Source of the DNA: Malacoraja senta
Taxonomy: Eukaryota
Length of the DNA stretch: 64,000 nucleotides
Reading direction: 5' to 3'
Assembly: GCA_038087875.1 (NCBI GenBank)
Contig: CM075992.1
Span: 11,658,001-11,722,000, forward strand
Below the pieces are notes generated by a model, which was not told the origin of the DNA, searched no databases, and saw nothing but the letters and a program-made list of their open reading frames with translations. Positions within the stretch are counted from its first letter, which is position 1. Each line of letters starts with the position of its first letter. Shown here in pieces: positions 34,801-47,420 of this stretch. The position numbers and the translations under genes are program-made.

Positions 34801-35355
34801 TAACTAACCAATTACAGATGTTAAGCTCACCGGCCTATAGTTCCCAGCATTTTCCCTGCAGCCCTTCTTGAAAAGAGGTAAAACATTTGCCACCCTCCAG
34901 TCTTCCGGCACCTCTCCTGTATTTAAGGATGACTCGGAAATTTCAACCAGGGCTCCTGCAATTTTCTCTCTAGTTTACCACAATGTCCTCAGATATATCA
35001 GATCAGGCCCTGGAGATTTATCTATCTTCGAACAAGACATTACCTTCAGTACTTCTTCAACAGTAATCCTGACTGCTCTCAAGACACTTCCAGTGACTGC
35101 TCCAATTTCCTAGGTCCTACTGTCTTTCTCCTCGGAAATACAGAGGAGAAATACTCATTGAGAACCTTGCTCATCTCCTGTGGCTCCACACACAGAGGTG
35201 ACCGCTTTGATTCTTGAGTGGTCCCACTCTCTCCCCTCCAGGGATGCACTTGATCCCAGCTGTCCCATGCATCCTTCTTGTTTTTGACTAATGTCTCAAT
35301 TTCCCTCATCAGCCAAGCTTTCTTATGTTTGCCTGCTTTGTCCTTCACTCTAACG
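31881..35355 (-). mobile_element. Several CR1 ORF2 fragments, mainly minus strand
   Basis: [51 protein letters not shown] motifs in successive frameshifted ORFs. Confidence 0.88.
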
Positions 35356-35555
35356 NNNNNNNNNNNNNNNNNNNNNNNNNNNNNNNNNNNNNNNNNNNNN
35401 NNNNNNNNNNNNNNNNNNNNNNNNNNNNNNNNNNNNNNNNNNNNNNNNNNNNNNNNNNNNNNNNNNNNNNNNNNNNNNNNNNNNNNNNNNNNNNNNNNNN
35501 NNNNNNNNNNNNNNNNNNNNNNNNNNNNNNNNNNNNNNNNNNNNNNNNNNNNNNN
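35356..35555. other. Assembly gap (200 N)
   Basis: Run of n. Confidence 1.
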
Positions 35556-35739
35556 ATGTCACAATGCACGGATGCTCACAGATGTCCAATCGGAATGGAT
35601 TCCATTTACATATGCCTTTGCAGCAGCCACAGCCCAAAGCCCCTCCCCCCACCCCCGCATCCTGTGTCGAAGGGCGTCATCACGTTTGTGGAAATGGAGA
35701 GAAGAGAGAGGGGGTGATAGGGAATGGGGAACAGATGGA

Positions 35740-36900
35740 CTGTCCCTTCCCCTCCTACTTCAACTCTCCCTCTCCACTCTTCCCCTCTCTCCCTCCCTTC
35801 CCCTCCCCCTCCCCTCCCCTCCCCACACCCTCTCTTCCCCCTTCCACCACCCCTCTTCACCCCCCATCTCCCACCCACCCCCTTCACCTCTCTCTTGCAC
35901 CACTCCCCGCTACCCCTCTGCCACTCACTCCCCACAGTTTCCCTCTCTCCCTCCCCCTCCCTCTCTCCCTCTCTTCCCCCCTACTCATCTCCCCTTCCCC
36001 TCATCCCCTCCCCCCTCTCCCCCTTACTGCCCTCCCCGCTCTCCTCCCACTCCAAACTCTCCTCCCCCCTCCCTCTCACCCACCCTGATCTCCTCTCCCT
36101 CCCCAATCTCTCTCCCCTTTCCTCCTCCCCCCTCTCCCCTCCGTCCCCCTCTTCCCTCCCCATCCCTCCCCTCTTCTCTCCCCACCCCTTCTCCTTCTCT
36201 CTCCCTCCCCTCCTCTTCCCACCCCTCTCCTCTCCCTCTCCCTCCCCCACTCCCCCCGCCTGTGTGTTTGGGGGTGGTTAGTGTGAGTGTGATGCTGCAG
36301 CCTCAGCCCCCCCCCCCCCCCCAACCATACGCAAAGTAAACAGAATATGAAGTATAAACTCAGCGGGTGCAGCAGCATCTTTGGATCGAAGTAAATAGGC
36401 AATGTTTCATAACAAAACACGTCTGAAGATGGGTTTCGACCCAAAGCGTTGCCTATTTCCTTCGCTCCATAGATGCTGCTGCACCCGCTGAATTTCACCA
36501 CCTTTTTTTGGTGTACCAGTCTCTCTGTCTCTCCCCTCTCTCTCTCTCTCTCTCTCTCTCTCCTGCCCTTCTCACTTCACAGCCCGCGGCTCGACTCATG
36601 CACGCCCGCTCTAACCCCCCCCCCCCCCATCACCTCTCTCCCCATCCTCTTCCTCTCCTCTCTCCACCCCTCTCCTCTCCCCCTTCCTCTCCACCCTCCC
36701 TCCCCTCTCCCCTCTCCTCCTCTCTTCTCTCCCCACCCCGTCTCCCTCTCCCCACCCCGTCTTCCTCTCCCCTCTTCTCTCCCCACCCCGTCTTCCTCTC
36801 ACCCCATCCCCCCGAGTGTGCTTGGGGGTGGTTAGTGTGAGTTTGGGGTGTGGTTAGTGTGAGTGTGATGCCGCAGCCCCCCCCCCCCCCCCCCCTCCCG
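35740..36900 (+). repeat. Two related C/T-rich low-complexity tracts, each ending gggggtggttagtgtgagt...cagcc(c)n
   Basis: Polypyrimidine 35740-36260 and 36520-36815 with shared terminal motif at ~36262-36322 and ~36816-36897. Confidence 0.85.
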
Positions 36901-37309
36901 CAGGAAGGAAAACTGATGTTGCCATGCCAGTGACATCCACAGTGACACGCAGCACAAGCTCCCAGATGACCCTCAGCCTTTCCTCAGCTGAGCACAAGAC
37001 CCGGCAGACTGCGGCCTGCTCATCCCCCATAGACCAGAGACAGAGAGGATGGATCCGGTGATGATGACGGACGTGACGGACGAGGTGCAAGGATGTTAGG
37101 AGGGGGAGAGGGAACGGAGGTCTGGCCTATCATGTCCTCAAGGTCGGCTGCGGTATTTGCACGTGAACAATAAAATAACAATTGAACCATTGAATATCCA
37201 CCTTATAATCTGTTAGTAGTTGAACAACAGACATTGGGCTAGATACCTGCCCTGTTCTGTAGCCCTGGTGGTGTGGGATCTCAAATAAACAGTCCCTCAA
37301 TTTCACTTC

Positions 37310-38015
37310 ATAACGCTTCAAGTTCCTAAGAGTAAATCAGCAACCTGTCTTGGAGTAGCCACAGCAAAGCAATGGCCAAGAAAGCACTCCAACCCCTCTG
37401 CTTCCTTAGGAGGCTTAGGAAGTTCAGCATGTCCCCAACAACTCTCACCAACTTTTACAGATGCGCTATAAAAAGCATTCTATCGGGATGCATCACAGCA
37501 CGGTTTGTGAACAGTCTCCATCTAAGACTGCAAGAAATTACAGGGAATTGTGGACATAGTCCAGACCGTCACACAAACCAACCTCCCTTCCATTGTCTCC
37601 ATCTACACTTCCACGCTGCCTCTGCAAGGCCACCAGCATAATCAAGGACAAGTCTCACCCTAGACACTCCCTCTTCTCCCCTCTCCCATCAGGTAAAAGG
37701 TACATAAGTGTGAAAACACATACCTCCAGATTCAGGGTCAGTTTATTCCCTGCTGTTATCAGGCAACTGAACCATCCTATCACCAACTGGACACCAACTG
37801 ACCTGACATCTACCTCATTGGAGATGCTCAGATTATCACTAATCGACCTTTACTGGACCTGTCATGTACTAAACCGTATTCCCTTTATCCTGTATCTGTA
37901 CCCAGTGGACAGATCGATTGTAATCATATGTTGTCTTTTTGCTGACTGGTTAGCATGCAACAAAAAGCTTTCCATGTACCTTTGTACACCTGACAATAAA
38001 CTAAACTAAAACTAA
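37310..38015 (+). mobile_element. Rex1/Babar-type LINE 3' fragment
   Basis: KKALQPLCFLRRLRKF...FYRCAIKSILSGCIT and HSLFSPLPSGKRY...SLFPAVIRQLN; aataaa(ctaaa)n tail. Confidence 0.8.
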
Positions 38016-38207
38016 GCTTCTTGCATATGTCACTGAGCTGGCATTTGGGTATAGTAGGTAAGCAGTTAAGAAGGCTAATGTCTGTTGGCTTTTATTGCAT
38101 GTAAGTAGCAGAATAGAGAGAGGATACGTACATACATGGATAGGAAAGGTTTAGAGGAATATGGGCCAAATGTGGGCAAATAGGACTAGCTTAGATGGGG
38201 CACCTTG

Positions 38208-38315
38208 GTTGACATGGACGAGTTGAGCTGAAGGGCCTGTTTTCTGTGCTGAGCGACTCCTTGAGTTGACATGGACGAGTTGAGCTGAAGGGCCTGTTTC
38301 TGTGCTGAGCGACTC
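38208..38315 (+). repeat. Direct tandem duplication (~52 bp) of a CR1/SINE 3' end
   Basis: gttgacatggacgagttgagctgaagggcctgttt(t)ctgtgctgagcgactc occurs twice. Confidence 0.92.
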
Positions 38316-38620
38316 TATAAATAGAAAAAGCGCCCTGCCCCCAACCATCGCCTGACCACCCCCCACAGATGCTGCAATGACCTGTTGAGTTCCTCCAAAA
38401 CAGTGTTTTGTTGAAGGTTGCAGCATCTGCAGTTTTTCGTGTCTGGAACTTCTTCTTCCCAGCTGTTATCAAGAAACTAAAATGGTTAGAACTGGTGAGA
38501 GGTCCTGATAGACTATTTGTCTCATTGAACCTCTGATTATCATTAATCAGACATTATCATGCAATAAACGTTATTTCCTTTATCATGTATCTGTACATGT
38601 GATAATAATCTAAACTCTAC

Positions 38621-38636
38621 CCACCAGGTGGCAGTA
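38621..38636 (+). promoter_or_regulatory. Candidate CTCF-binding motif
   Basis: ccaccaggtggcagta matches the CCACCAGG(G/T)GGC(A/G) core consensus; motif only. Confidence 0.45.
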
Positions 38637-38994
38637 TACTCCATCAGCTGGAGGCTCAGATGGTGAAGCTTCCTCGTGCATTGAGAGCTCTCTTGGACAA
38701 ACTTGCTGCCATGTAACCAGTACCTTAGCAATGACACCTCACTGGGAGCATTGCAGATACATATGGTTCTGTGCAGGACAAAATAACAGGAGTCCAATAA
38801 CCATCAAACACTAATCCAATATTAATCCATTTTATTTTAATTCTCTTCATATTCTCACCAACTCCCCCCAGAATCTATCATTCACCAATCACTCAGGGTA
38901 ATGTACAGAGGCCATTAACTTACAAATCCACACATCTTTGGGATGCGGGAAGAAATCCGAGCTTCCAGTTTGGGTTTTGTGAAGTCTTTACCCG

Positions 38995-39265
38995 AGGGCA
39001 GCAAATGGTGCGGTTGGTAGAGTTGCTGTGTCACAATGACGTCAGGTGCTGCCTGTGTGTAGTTTGCATGTTCTTCATATTACTGCGTAGGTTTCCTTCA
39101 TTATCCCAATGACGTGCAGGTTTGTAGGTTATTTGGCCTCAGTAAATTACCCTTAATGTGTAGAGAGTGAATGTGAAAGTGCAATAACAAAGAACCAGTG
39201 TGAACAGATGATCAGTGTGGACTCGGTGGGCCAAAGGGCCTGTCTCCATGCTGTATCTTTCAATC
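38995..39265 (+). mobile_element. tRNA-derived SINE, degenerate
   Basis: tggtgcggttggtagagttgctg head and gggccaaagggcctgtctccatgctgtatc tail. Confidence 0.75.
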
Positions 39266-41199
39266 ACCTATCACTTACTCTAGATCTCATCACAGTCTTG
39301 GTCCCAAACAGGAATCCGGGAGCTGAATTCCAGAGTGAAGTTCTTAAATCCAACTTCCTCACCCATTCTCAAAGCTCCTCATGCTGATTGGATTTGAGGA
39401 ACGGTTAAACCATCAAAAATATAATTTAGGTTCTTGAGATGTAAATAACTGCTCAACATTACATTGGGGATGAATAGACGGAGATGAAGAACAATGATGC
39501 TTCCTCCCTGTCACTAATCCAGGTTTGCTTTGGAAGAGAATGTTGTGTGCTTTCCTTCATCTGCCTGGACTTGGTTCACACTGATGTGGGTGACATAAAG
39601 CTGCCTCTCCAATAGCCCGGCACCAATTCAGTTGTTTAGTGCAACCAGTCATAGTCATAGAGCAGAGAAACGAGCACTTCAGCTCAATTCATCCATGTCG
39701 TCCAAGATACTTCATTTAAGCTAGTCCCATTCACCCATGTTTGGCCGATATCCCTTTAACCTTTCCCAGCCATATTCCGGTCCAAGTGTTCCTGTTATTG
39801 TATCTGCCACATCTACCTCATGTTGCAGCTCATTTGGAGCCACCACCCTCTGGGTGATGATTAAAAATAATGAGGTGCCTTCTACTCTGATTCACAATCC
39901 CAGCAGTAACTGAATGTCTCAGTAAGGCTTTTTTAAAGCAGACTTAGATCGGAGCTGTATGAGGAGGTTTCTCTTTATACAGATGGTCACCTATGTCTGA
40001 CTTCTATTGCTTTTACAGAGGAATTCAAGGTCTAGGTGAGTGTGGAGATACTGGGTACAAAGGATGGGGAATTGTTTTGTGGATACAGAAGTTGAACTGC
40101 AAAGCTCGTTGAGGGGAGATTCAAAAATGTCTTCAAAAGCACAGTTGATAGAATGAAGAGGGGGAGCTGTTACCTGTGATTGAGGGTTAGTTAGGAATTT
40201 GTGGCACCAGAGGTGAGATCGGTAATTTGCGTGAAGTTGAATGGGGGTTTGAGGACACAGTTGCTAATGTTCTCTGAGAATTTGTGTTGCCTGGAAAAGG
40301 TGCAGAGAAGACAGTAATAGTGATACCATGGAATGTCAAGTTGAGGAATATCAACTCTACATTGTTGGACTTGGTCAGTGGCTGACAGGTTTGTGGCTTC
40401 CGGATTGGTGAGAGTTCTAGGGTTGCATACACCTAGGCAAATGGTGAGGATCTGTAATCCTCTTTGGAGCAGATGCGGTGGACATGGAGAAATTGAGAGT
40501 AGGGGTTGACAGGGTGGAAGGAAGTGTAGGTTATATAACCGTGGGTGTCAGTGGGTTGTGTTAGATGCCAGTCAATAGTCAACCCCTGTGAAGCAGATTA
40601 AGAAAGTGGAGAGCGGTGTCGGAGAGTGGATAAAGTGCATTTGAGGCCAGGGTGGAAGGTAGTGGTCAAGTTAATGAAATCAACAAGTTTTGCATGACTG
40701 CTCTGATGCGGTCAGTAATGTAGCAGAGAAGGAGTTGGGGATTGCAAACTAACCTCATCTATCTGCATGTGATCCATATCCCTCCATATGCATGTGCCTA
40801 TCTAAAAGCCTCTAACATGCGAGTCTTGTACCTGCCTCCACTACCACCCCTGGTAGCATGCTCCAGATACCCACTACTCTTCACTTTGTTTTACACAAAA
40901 CTTGCATCGCTGTCTTCTTTAAACTTGCTCCTCTTGCCAATCGGATGTTAATATCCATGCAAATCCTTCCTTCTATGAATTGTAAAAGTCATGTTTGGCA
41001 CATTGCCATAATTGCCATTTACCCATTTCAAAATGTCAGCTACAACCAAGGTTACACAGAGTTTCAAATACCAGTTGGCAGAACTTGTAAGTTCAACATA
41101 AGTAAAATAAATGCTGTTCCAAATGAGGTGATGTACTGGCCAGGACAGAAAATGGTGGCAATGTGAAGGCAGTTGCTGGGTCTGATGTACTCAGACGTG

Positions 41200-41490
41200 A
41201 CAGAGTGACGCTGAGTTAGAGTTGCTACCTTTCAGTGCCAGAGAACCAGGGTCAATTCTCCCTATGGGTGCTGTCTGTACAGAGTTTGTATGTTCTCCCC
41301 AGTGACCACATAGATTTCACCGGATGCTTCGGGTTTCTCCTACATTCCAAAGGTTGTATGTTAACTTGGCTCTTTTAAATTGTCCCTCGTGACTAGGATG
41401 GAACTAGTGTACAGGGTGATCGTGCATTGGCTCGGTCTCAGTTGGACGAAGGGCCTGTTTCCGTGTTGTAACTCTGAACTAAACATAAAC
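41200..41490 (+). mobile_element. tRNA-derived SINE, degenerate
   Basis: tagagttgctacc...tgggtgctgtctgtacagagtttgtatgttctcc core. Confidence 0.75.
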
Positions 41491-42185
41491 AAACAGTAAT
41501 TGAAGCCTGTCACCATAGACAGCCAAAGCACAAGTAACAACGGTGCCCTCTAACCTGTGCAAGTACTCGGAAGTGGTGAAGGGCTCGTAGCCACAGAGCC
41601 TGAGTAGATATGCTGCTCGCCACCAGAGAGCCTCAAATACTTTCTACCAGAATTCTGCCTGCATTAGAGGGTCTTAGCTGCAAGGAGAGATACTCTGGTA
41701 AAAAAACGTGCGCCTTCACCCAATCTATTCCCACAAGATCTTATGCATCTGTGTAACAGCACCCCTCAGCCTCCTGCGCTCCAAGTAAGAATCCTAGCCT
41801 GCCCACCTCTCCTATAGCTCAGGCTCTCAAATGCTGGCAACATGGTTGAACTGATGAACGTCAATATACTGAAAGCCTTCTTAACCACCGTGTGGTCACC
41901 CATTATGTGTGATGCCACTGATAATGATCTAGGTCCCTGCACTCCATATCATTCTGCTCTGCAACACTCCCAGGCTCTGCCATTCACTGTGAAGGCCTGC
42001 CTTGGTTTAACATCCCAAAATGCAAGACCTCACACTTATCTGCATTAAACTCCATTAACCTCAGCCCACTTGTTCAACTGATCGTGATCTGTTGTAATTT
42101 CTGACAACCTCTATGTTCTATGTTTTTGCTGCACTTGCTAGGGGATTTCTACTACCTCCCATTCTGTGCCCAATCTTCACTGTGG

Positions 42186-42500
42186 TTTAGTTTAGTTTAG
42201 TTTTGAGATACAGCGTGGAAACATGCCCTTCGGCCCACCGAGACCGCACCGACCAGCGATCCCACACATTAAAACTATCCTACACACACTAGGGACAATT
42301 TACACTTATACCAAGCCAAATAACCTACAAACCTGTACTTGTTTGGAATGTGGGAAGAAACCAAAGATCTCAGAGAAAACCCACGAGGTCACGGAAGAAT
42401 GTACAAAGTCTGTACAGACAGCACACATAGTCAGGATCGAACCCGGTCACAGGCTGCTAGATGGCTGCAACTCTACCGCTGCGCCACTGCGTCACCGTGG
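42186..42500 (-). mobile_element. tRNA-derived SINE (HE1/V-SINE type)
   Basis: (tttag)n tail, head gtggcgcagcggtagagttgc...ccgggttcgatcctgac on minus. Confidence 0.88.
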
Positions 42501-43549
42501 GTTTAAATATTGAGAATAACTGATAAGTCATTGTACATTGTTGATGCCACAGCTAATGTATCTGTAAAGCTGCAGCAAGTAAGAATTTCATTGTTCCGGT
42601 TCACATCCGTTCCATTTGACAATTAAACACTCTTAAGTTGAAACAATTAGTTTGTACAAAACACAAAATGCTGGAAGAACTCAGTGGGTCAGGAAACACC
42701 TTTGATGAGAATGGACAGACAACATTTCGGGCTGGGTCACAATCTTCAGACTGTGTGTAGTAGTGGGGAGAAAGCAGGAAAGGTCAAGGTGGGTGGGAAA
42801 GGGTTAACAGAAGTGAGAACAAACAAGCTGTGGAAAGTAGCTGAAGAAAAGCAGTTTCACACAAGCTGAAGCAGAAACAGAGAGGGGGAAGGGTGTAAAT
42901 AGGGGAACTGGAGCTGTGACCTCTGGGGCCCCAGGGAGGGAGGGAGGGAGGGAAAGGATGGGTTGAGTGGGAAAGCGGAGAAGGTTGGTGTTGAGAGGAG
43001 GTAGGTAAGGGGGAAGAGAGAATGGGTTTGTTTGAGAGAGGGGGAGAGTAAGATTTCATTTTCCACAAATGTGTTGCTGGCTCTGAGTTTGCTGGAGAAA
43101 TGGTCTCAACTGGGTGAAGCATGAAACTCCATCTGTTTAGGTCACTGTATACGCAAGTTGCCCTCAGGGATAATATTTGGCCAGTGATTGCCAGCAAGCA
43201 GCTTCCTGCAATGGTGATTTTCAAACTGGAGTCTTGGGACTAAATTAAATGTTTTGTACATTTGGATTTGGCATTGAGTCGCTGGACAGTCAGCTGATCG
43301 AGCTTGGCCAGCCTCTGGAACTCTGAAGGGCTGTGGTGGAGATGGAGTAACTTGCACTGTGATATTTGAATGTCATGGAGATTAAGTCAGAGTCTGCATC
43401 CAAATCAGACTGACATCAGTCTCTGTCAGTTATGGAGGGAATCCCGTTGAAGCAACATTTTACTCTTTACCCACTGCCCCTGATTCCTCACAATCATCCT
43501 GGGTCCTGGCCACTGGGTTCAGCCTGGCCAATGCCTAGATGGCCCCTCT

Positions 43550-44900
43550 CAATGACATTTATGCACAGCGAGACATGGGTTTCATCAACAAAACTGGAGA
43601 TAGTCTCCTCACATCTCTAGCATATCGTCAACCTGAGCCTGAGCCTGGAGAGGGTTCCTGTGATGTGGAAGACGTACTGCCCGGACCCTGTATAATAGAG
43701 GACGTGTCCCAGCTCCTCCAATGACTACAGACCAGTGGCGCTGACCTCACACATCATGAAGTCCCTGGAGAGGCTGGTCTTCAGTCACCTGCGACCCCTG
43801 GTTAACCCTATCTTAACCCCCTGCAGTTGACTTAACAAACAAAGGTGGGGGTGGAGGACTCCATCATCCACCTGGTCCATCATTCCTATGCTCACCTGGA
43901 TAGGCCAGAAAGCCCTGCGAGAACCGTGTTTGTTTACTTCTCTCGTGCTATTAACAACGTCTGGCCTGCACTGCTAGGGAGCAAACTGATGAAGATGAGG
44001 CTGGATGCTCCATTGGTGTTCTGGATCACTGACTACCTGACTAGACAACAACAGTATGTCAGGCTGTGGTATGTCGGACATGGTAGTGAGCAACACAAGG
44101 GCTCCACAGGGGATGGTTCACTATCCCTTCCTGTTCACCATCTACACCTCGGACTTCAGATACAATGCAGACTCCTGCCACCTGCTGAAGTTTTCAGATG
44201 TCTCAGCAATTGTGGGCTACATCAGTGAGGGAAGGGAAGCTGAATACAGAGGTGTAGTCAACGACTTTGTTGAGTGGTGTGGGTGGCATCACCTGCAGCT
44301 CAACACCGACAAGACTAAGGAGTTAGTGGTGGACCTCAGAAAGAGAGGAACACCCCTGTCCCCTGTCTCCATCATGGGTGTGGATGTGCAGTTTGTCTAA
44401 GAGTACATATACCTTGGAGTGTACCTGGCAGTAAACTGGACTGGTCCAGCAACGCGGAGGCACTGTATAAAAAGGGTCAGAGCCATCTGTTCTTTCTGAG
44501 GAGGCTCCACTCCTTCAACATCTGCAGTAAGATGTTGCAGATGTTCTACCAATCTGTGGTGGCCAGTGCCATCTTCTACGCTGCCGTGTGCTGGGGTAGC
44601 AGGACAAAGGCTTTGGATGCAAACAGAATTATTAAGCTCATCAGGAAGGCTAGCTCCATCCTTGGAGTGGAGTTGGATTCATTTGTGGTCATCTTGGAGG
44701 GGAGGATGCTCCTCAAACTGTGGAGCATCTTGGACAATACAGCTCACCCCCTCCATGACACACTGGTCAACCTGAGGAGTGCCTTCAGCAACTGACTGGT
44801 TCCTCCAAGATGCAGCACAAAACCCCACAGGGGCTCCTTCTTCCCTGTGGCTATCAAACTGTACAAGTCCTCGCCCTTCTGTCGTGGGGTAGACTGACTC
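43550..44900 (+). mobile_element. Rex1/Babar-type LINE RT and 3' region, frameshifted
   Basis: NDYRPVALTS.IMK, VGVEDSI, APQG..FLFTIYTSD, FSDVSAIVG, FYQSVVASAIFYAAVCWG. Confidence 0.85.
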
Positions 44901-47171
44901 CAACCCACCCACCCCCCCCCCCCCCATCTCATCCCCTCCACCCCATTATTTGCACATCATCAATCCTGGACTTTCCGCTCGTCACTTTAATTTCTTGTTT
45001 CATGTATCTTGTTGTGTTTCAGGACTGTTGGCAGACCAACTCACCCCCCACCCTCGCATTATCCGGCAACAGTTCTCAGCTTTTGTCCTGTGAACTTGGC
45101 ATATCAGTCCACATGACAAGGAGCATATCCCACTTGGGTAGCTTACAACCCATCGGCATCTTCATTGAATTCTCCAATTCCAAGTAATATCTCCTTACCG
45201 TCTCTCTCTGTCCTGTGGCCCCTCCCGGCACTGTTGCGTACCCATTTCTCCCATTATCTCTCACCCTACCTCTGCAAAAGACTATATTATTATTTGTTAT
45301 TTGCACTGTGTTTGTTATTTATGGAACTTTTTCTTTTTTCCCCCGTTATATACAATGTTTACATATTCACATATTCTGTTGTGCTGCAGCAAGTAAAAAT
45401 TTCTTGTCCGTCCGGGACATATGACAATAAAAACACTCTTGACTCTTGACTCTGCTCCTTTCCCCTCCTTTGAAGACTCGTCTCCCATCCCTGACTATCC
45501 CATTGCCATTTCATTCCATCTTTCCCCCGCCCGTCTCCTCCCCACACAATTCACTCCTGTTCCCTTCTTATCTGACAGGCTTTTTGTTTCCTCTTCATCT
45601 CTATCATTTACTGCACCCATCTGCCAATCACCCCACCCCCAGATATATCCACATCACTTGCCAGGCCCCACGCCCGTCCATCATTTCCAACTTTCTCCCC
45701 ACTACTCCATCAGTTTGAAAGGTCACGATCTAAAATGTCATCTGTCCAATCCCTCCACGGATGCTGCCTGACCCACTGAGTTGCTCCAGCACTTTGACTT
45801 CTGTATTTGACAGTTTTAGTAACCATGTCCGTGATGACCTGTAGGGATACTAAAGTCAATGAGCAAGACCCACACAAGGGCCGGTCAGTTCCGAGTACGT
45901 TAAGTAGACATCATGACTGGTTCTTTATGGAACTCTGACCTTCTGGATTCAGACGCCATTAACATCTTTACATTGGCACTCCTCACAAAGGGATCCCTGT
46001 AAAATCACACCACAGGCCTCTCCCAGAGAATAATTTTCTATTCAATTTTTGGAAGGCACACTGGCTGGGCAAGATCCCCGCATCGAGTGTAAGCCACAGA
46101 GTCGCGATTAGTTGGAGTAGGGCGATTATCAGCACATCGTGACTTAGGCAGAGAGAATGTGGTAAGCATGATAACAGATATGGTAAGAATGTTTAGTTTA
46201 TTGATACAGCGTGGAAACGGGAGCTGATTTCGTGAGAACTGCGAGATTCATGAATTTGAAAGATCGATTATCATTTAATAATAGAAAAAAAGAAAAGTTT
46301 ATTCAAACCGCAGAGCAAAGTATTGGGAACCAGCAGAGAACAGGACCCTCTTGCCACCCCCGTCCCCCACGATCACACTGACCATGATGCCGATCTATGC
46401 TGATCCCAATTACCTGGATGAAGCCGGTATTCCCTTACATCTTTCCTTTCCAAGCACTTGTCCAAACCGATTTAAACATTGTAATTTCTCCCCTCTCATC
46501 TTAAATCAAAACCTAAGTTCTATATTCAACAGCCTTGTGGAAAAAGACTGACTCAGGCGTTCTCCGTTGAGGGAAATAGAGAGACAACATTTTGGGTCGG
46601 GACTTTTCTCGCACAACGTCCTGGTTAACCTTTTCTGCCACTCTCACCATTACTAAAACATTCTTTTGGAAGTTTAGTTTAGTTTACGGATACAGTATGG
46701 AAATAGGCCCGTGGCCTATTGAGTCATGCCGATCATCAATCAATCACCCTTTCACATTAGTTCTATATTATCCCATTTTCTCATACACCCTACATACGTG
46801 CGGCAATTTACAGAGGCTAATTAACAAGTCTTTGGGATGTGGGAGGAAACTGGAATCCCTGGAGGAAACTCAACTTATCTTTGCTATAGCAGAGTTTCCA
46901 AAACTCAACATAATAATTCAAATGCAATAATCTGTAAATTATCAAATCTATAGACATTTTCGTCAATTGGGATCAAACCTGCTGAAGCCGCTTCCCATGG
47001 TCATAGACAAGCAAGCCCCTTGACTGTCTGAAGAAGGGTCTCGACACGATATATCCCCATTCCTCTCCAGAGATGCTGTCTGGCCCGCTAACTCCAGCTT
47101 TTTGTGTCTATCTTCGGCGAAAGCAGAGGCGACATTGCGGCGACACAGCAGCGGAACATGTAGAAGTCACT

Positions 47172-47420
47172 AGGTACACAAAAATGCTGGAGAAACTCAG
47201 CGGGTGCAGCAACATCTATGGAGCAAAGGAAATAGGCAACGTTTCGGACCGAAACCCTTCTTCAGACTGTCAGGGGCTTGCTTTCGCCGACTCTGCATGT
47301 TCACTCTGCAGGTCCGAAACGTTGCCTATTTCCTTTGCTCCATAGATGCTGCTGCACCCGCTGAGTTTCTCCAGCATTTTTGTGTACCTTCGATTTTCCA
47401 GCATCTGCAGTTCCTTCTTT
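47172..47420. mobile_element. Penelope-derived pLTR pair forming a 79-bp inverted repeat
   Basis: 47172-47250 is the reverse complement of 47311-47389 with one mismatch. Confidence 0.88.
47235..47267 (-). ncRNA. Minimal type I hammerhead ribozyme motif (Penelope pLTR type)
   Basis: Minus strand gu-CUGAAGA-a-GGG uuucgg UCC-GAAA-CG-UU-gcc: both core boxes, 3-bp stem II, palindromic ACGU stem III. Confidence 0.6.

Noticed and set aside
35278..36840. Pro/Ser-rich and Gly/Arg/Glu-rich ORFs
   Set aside because: Artefacts of the N gap and C/T low-complexity sequence
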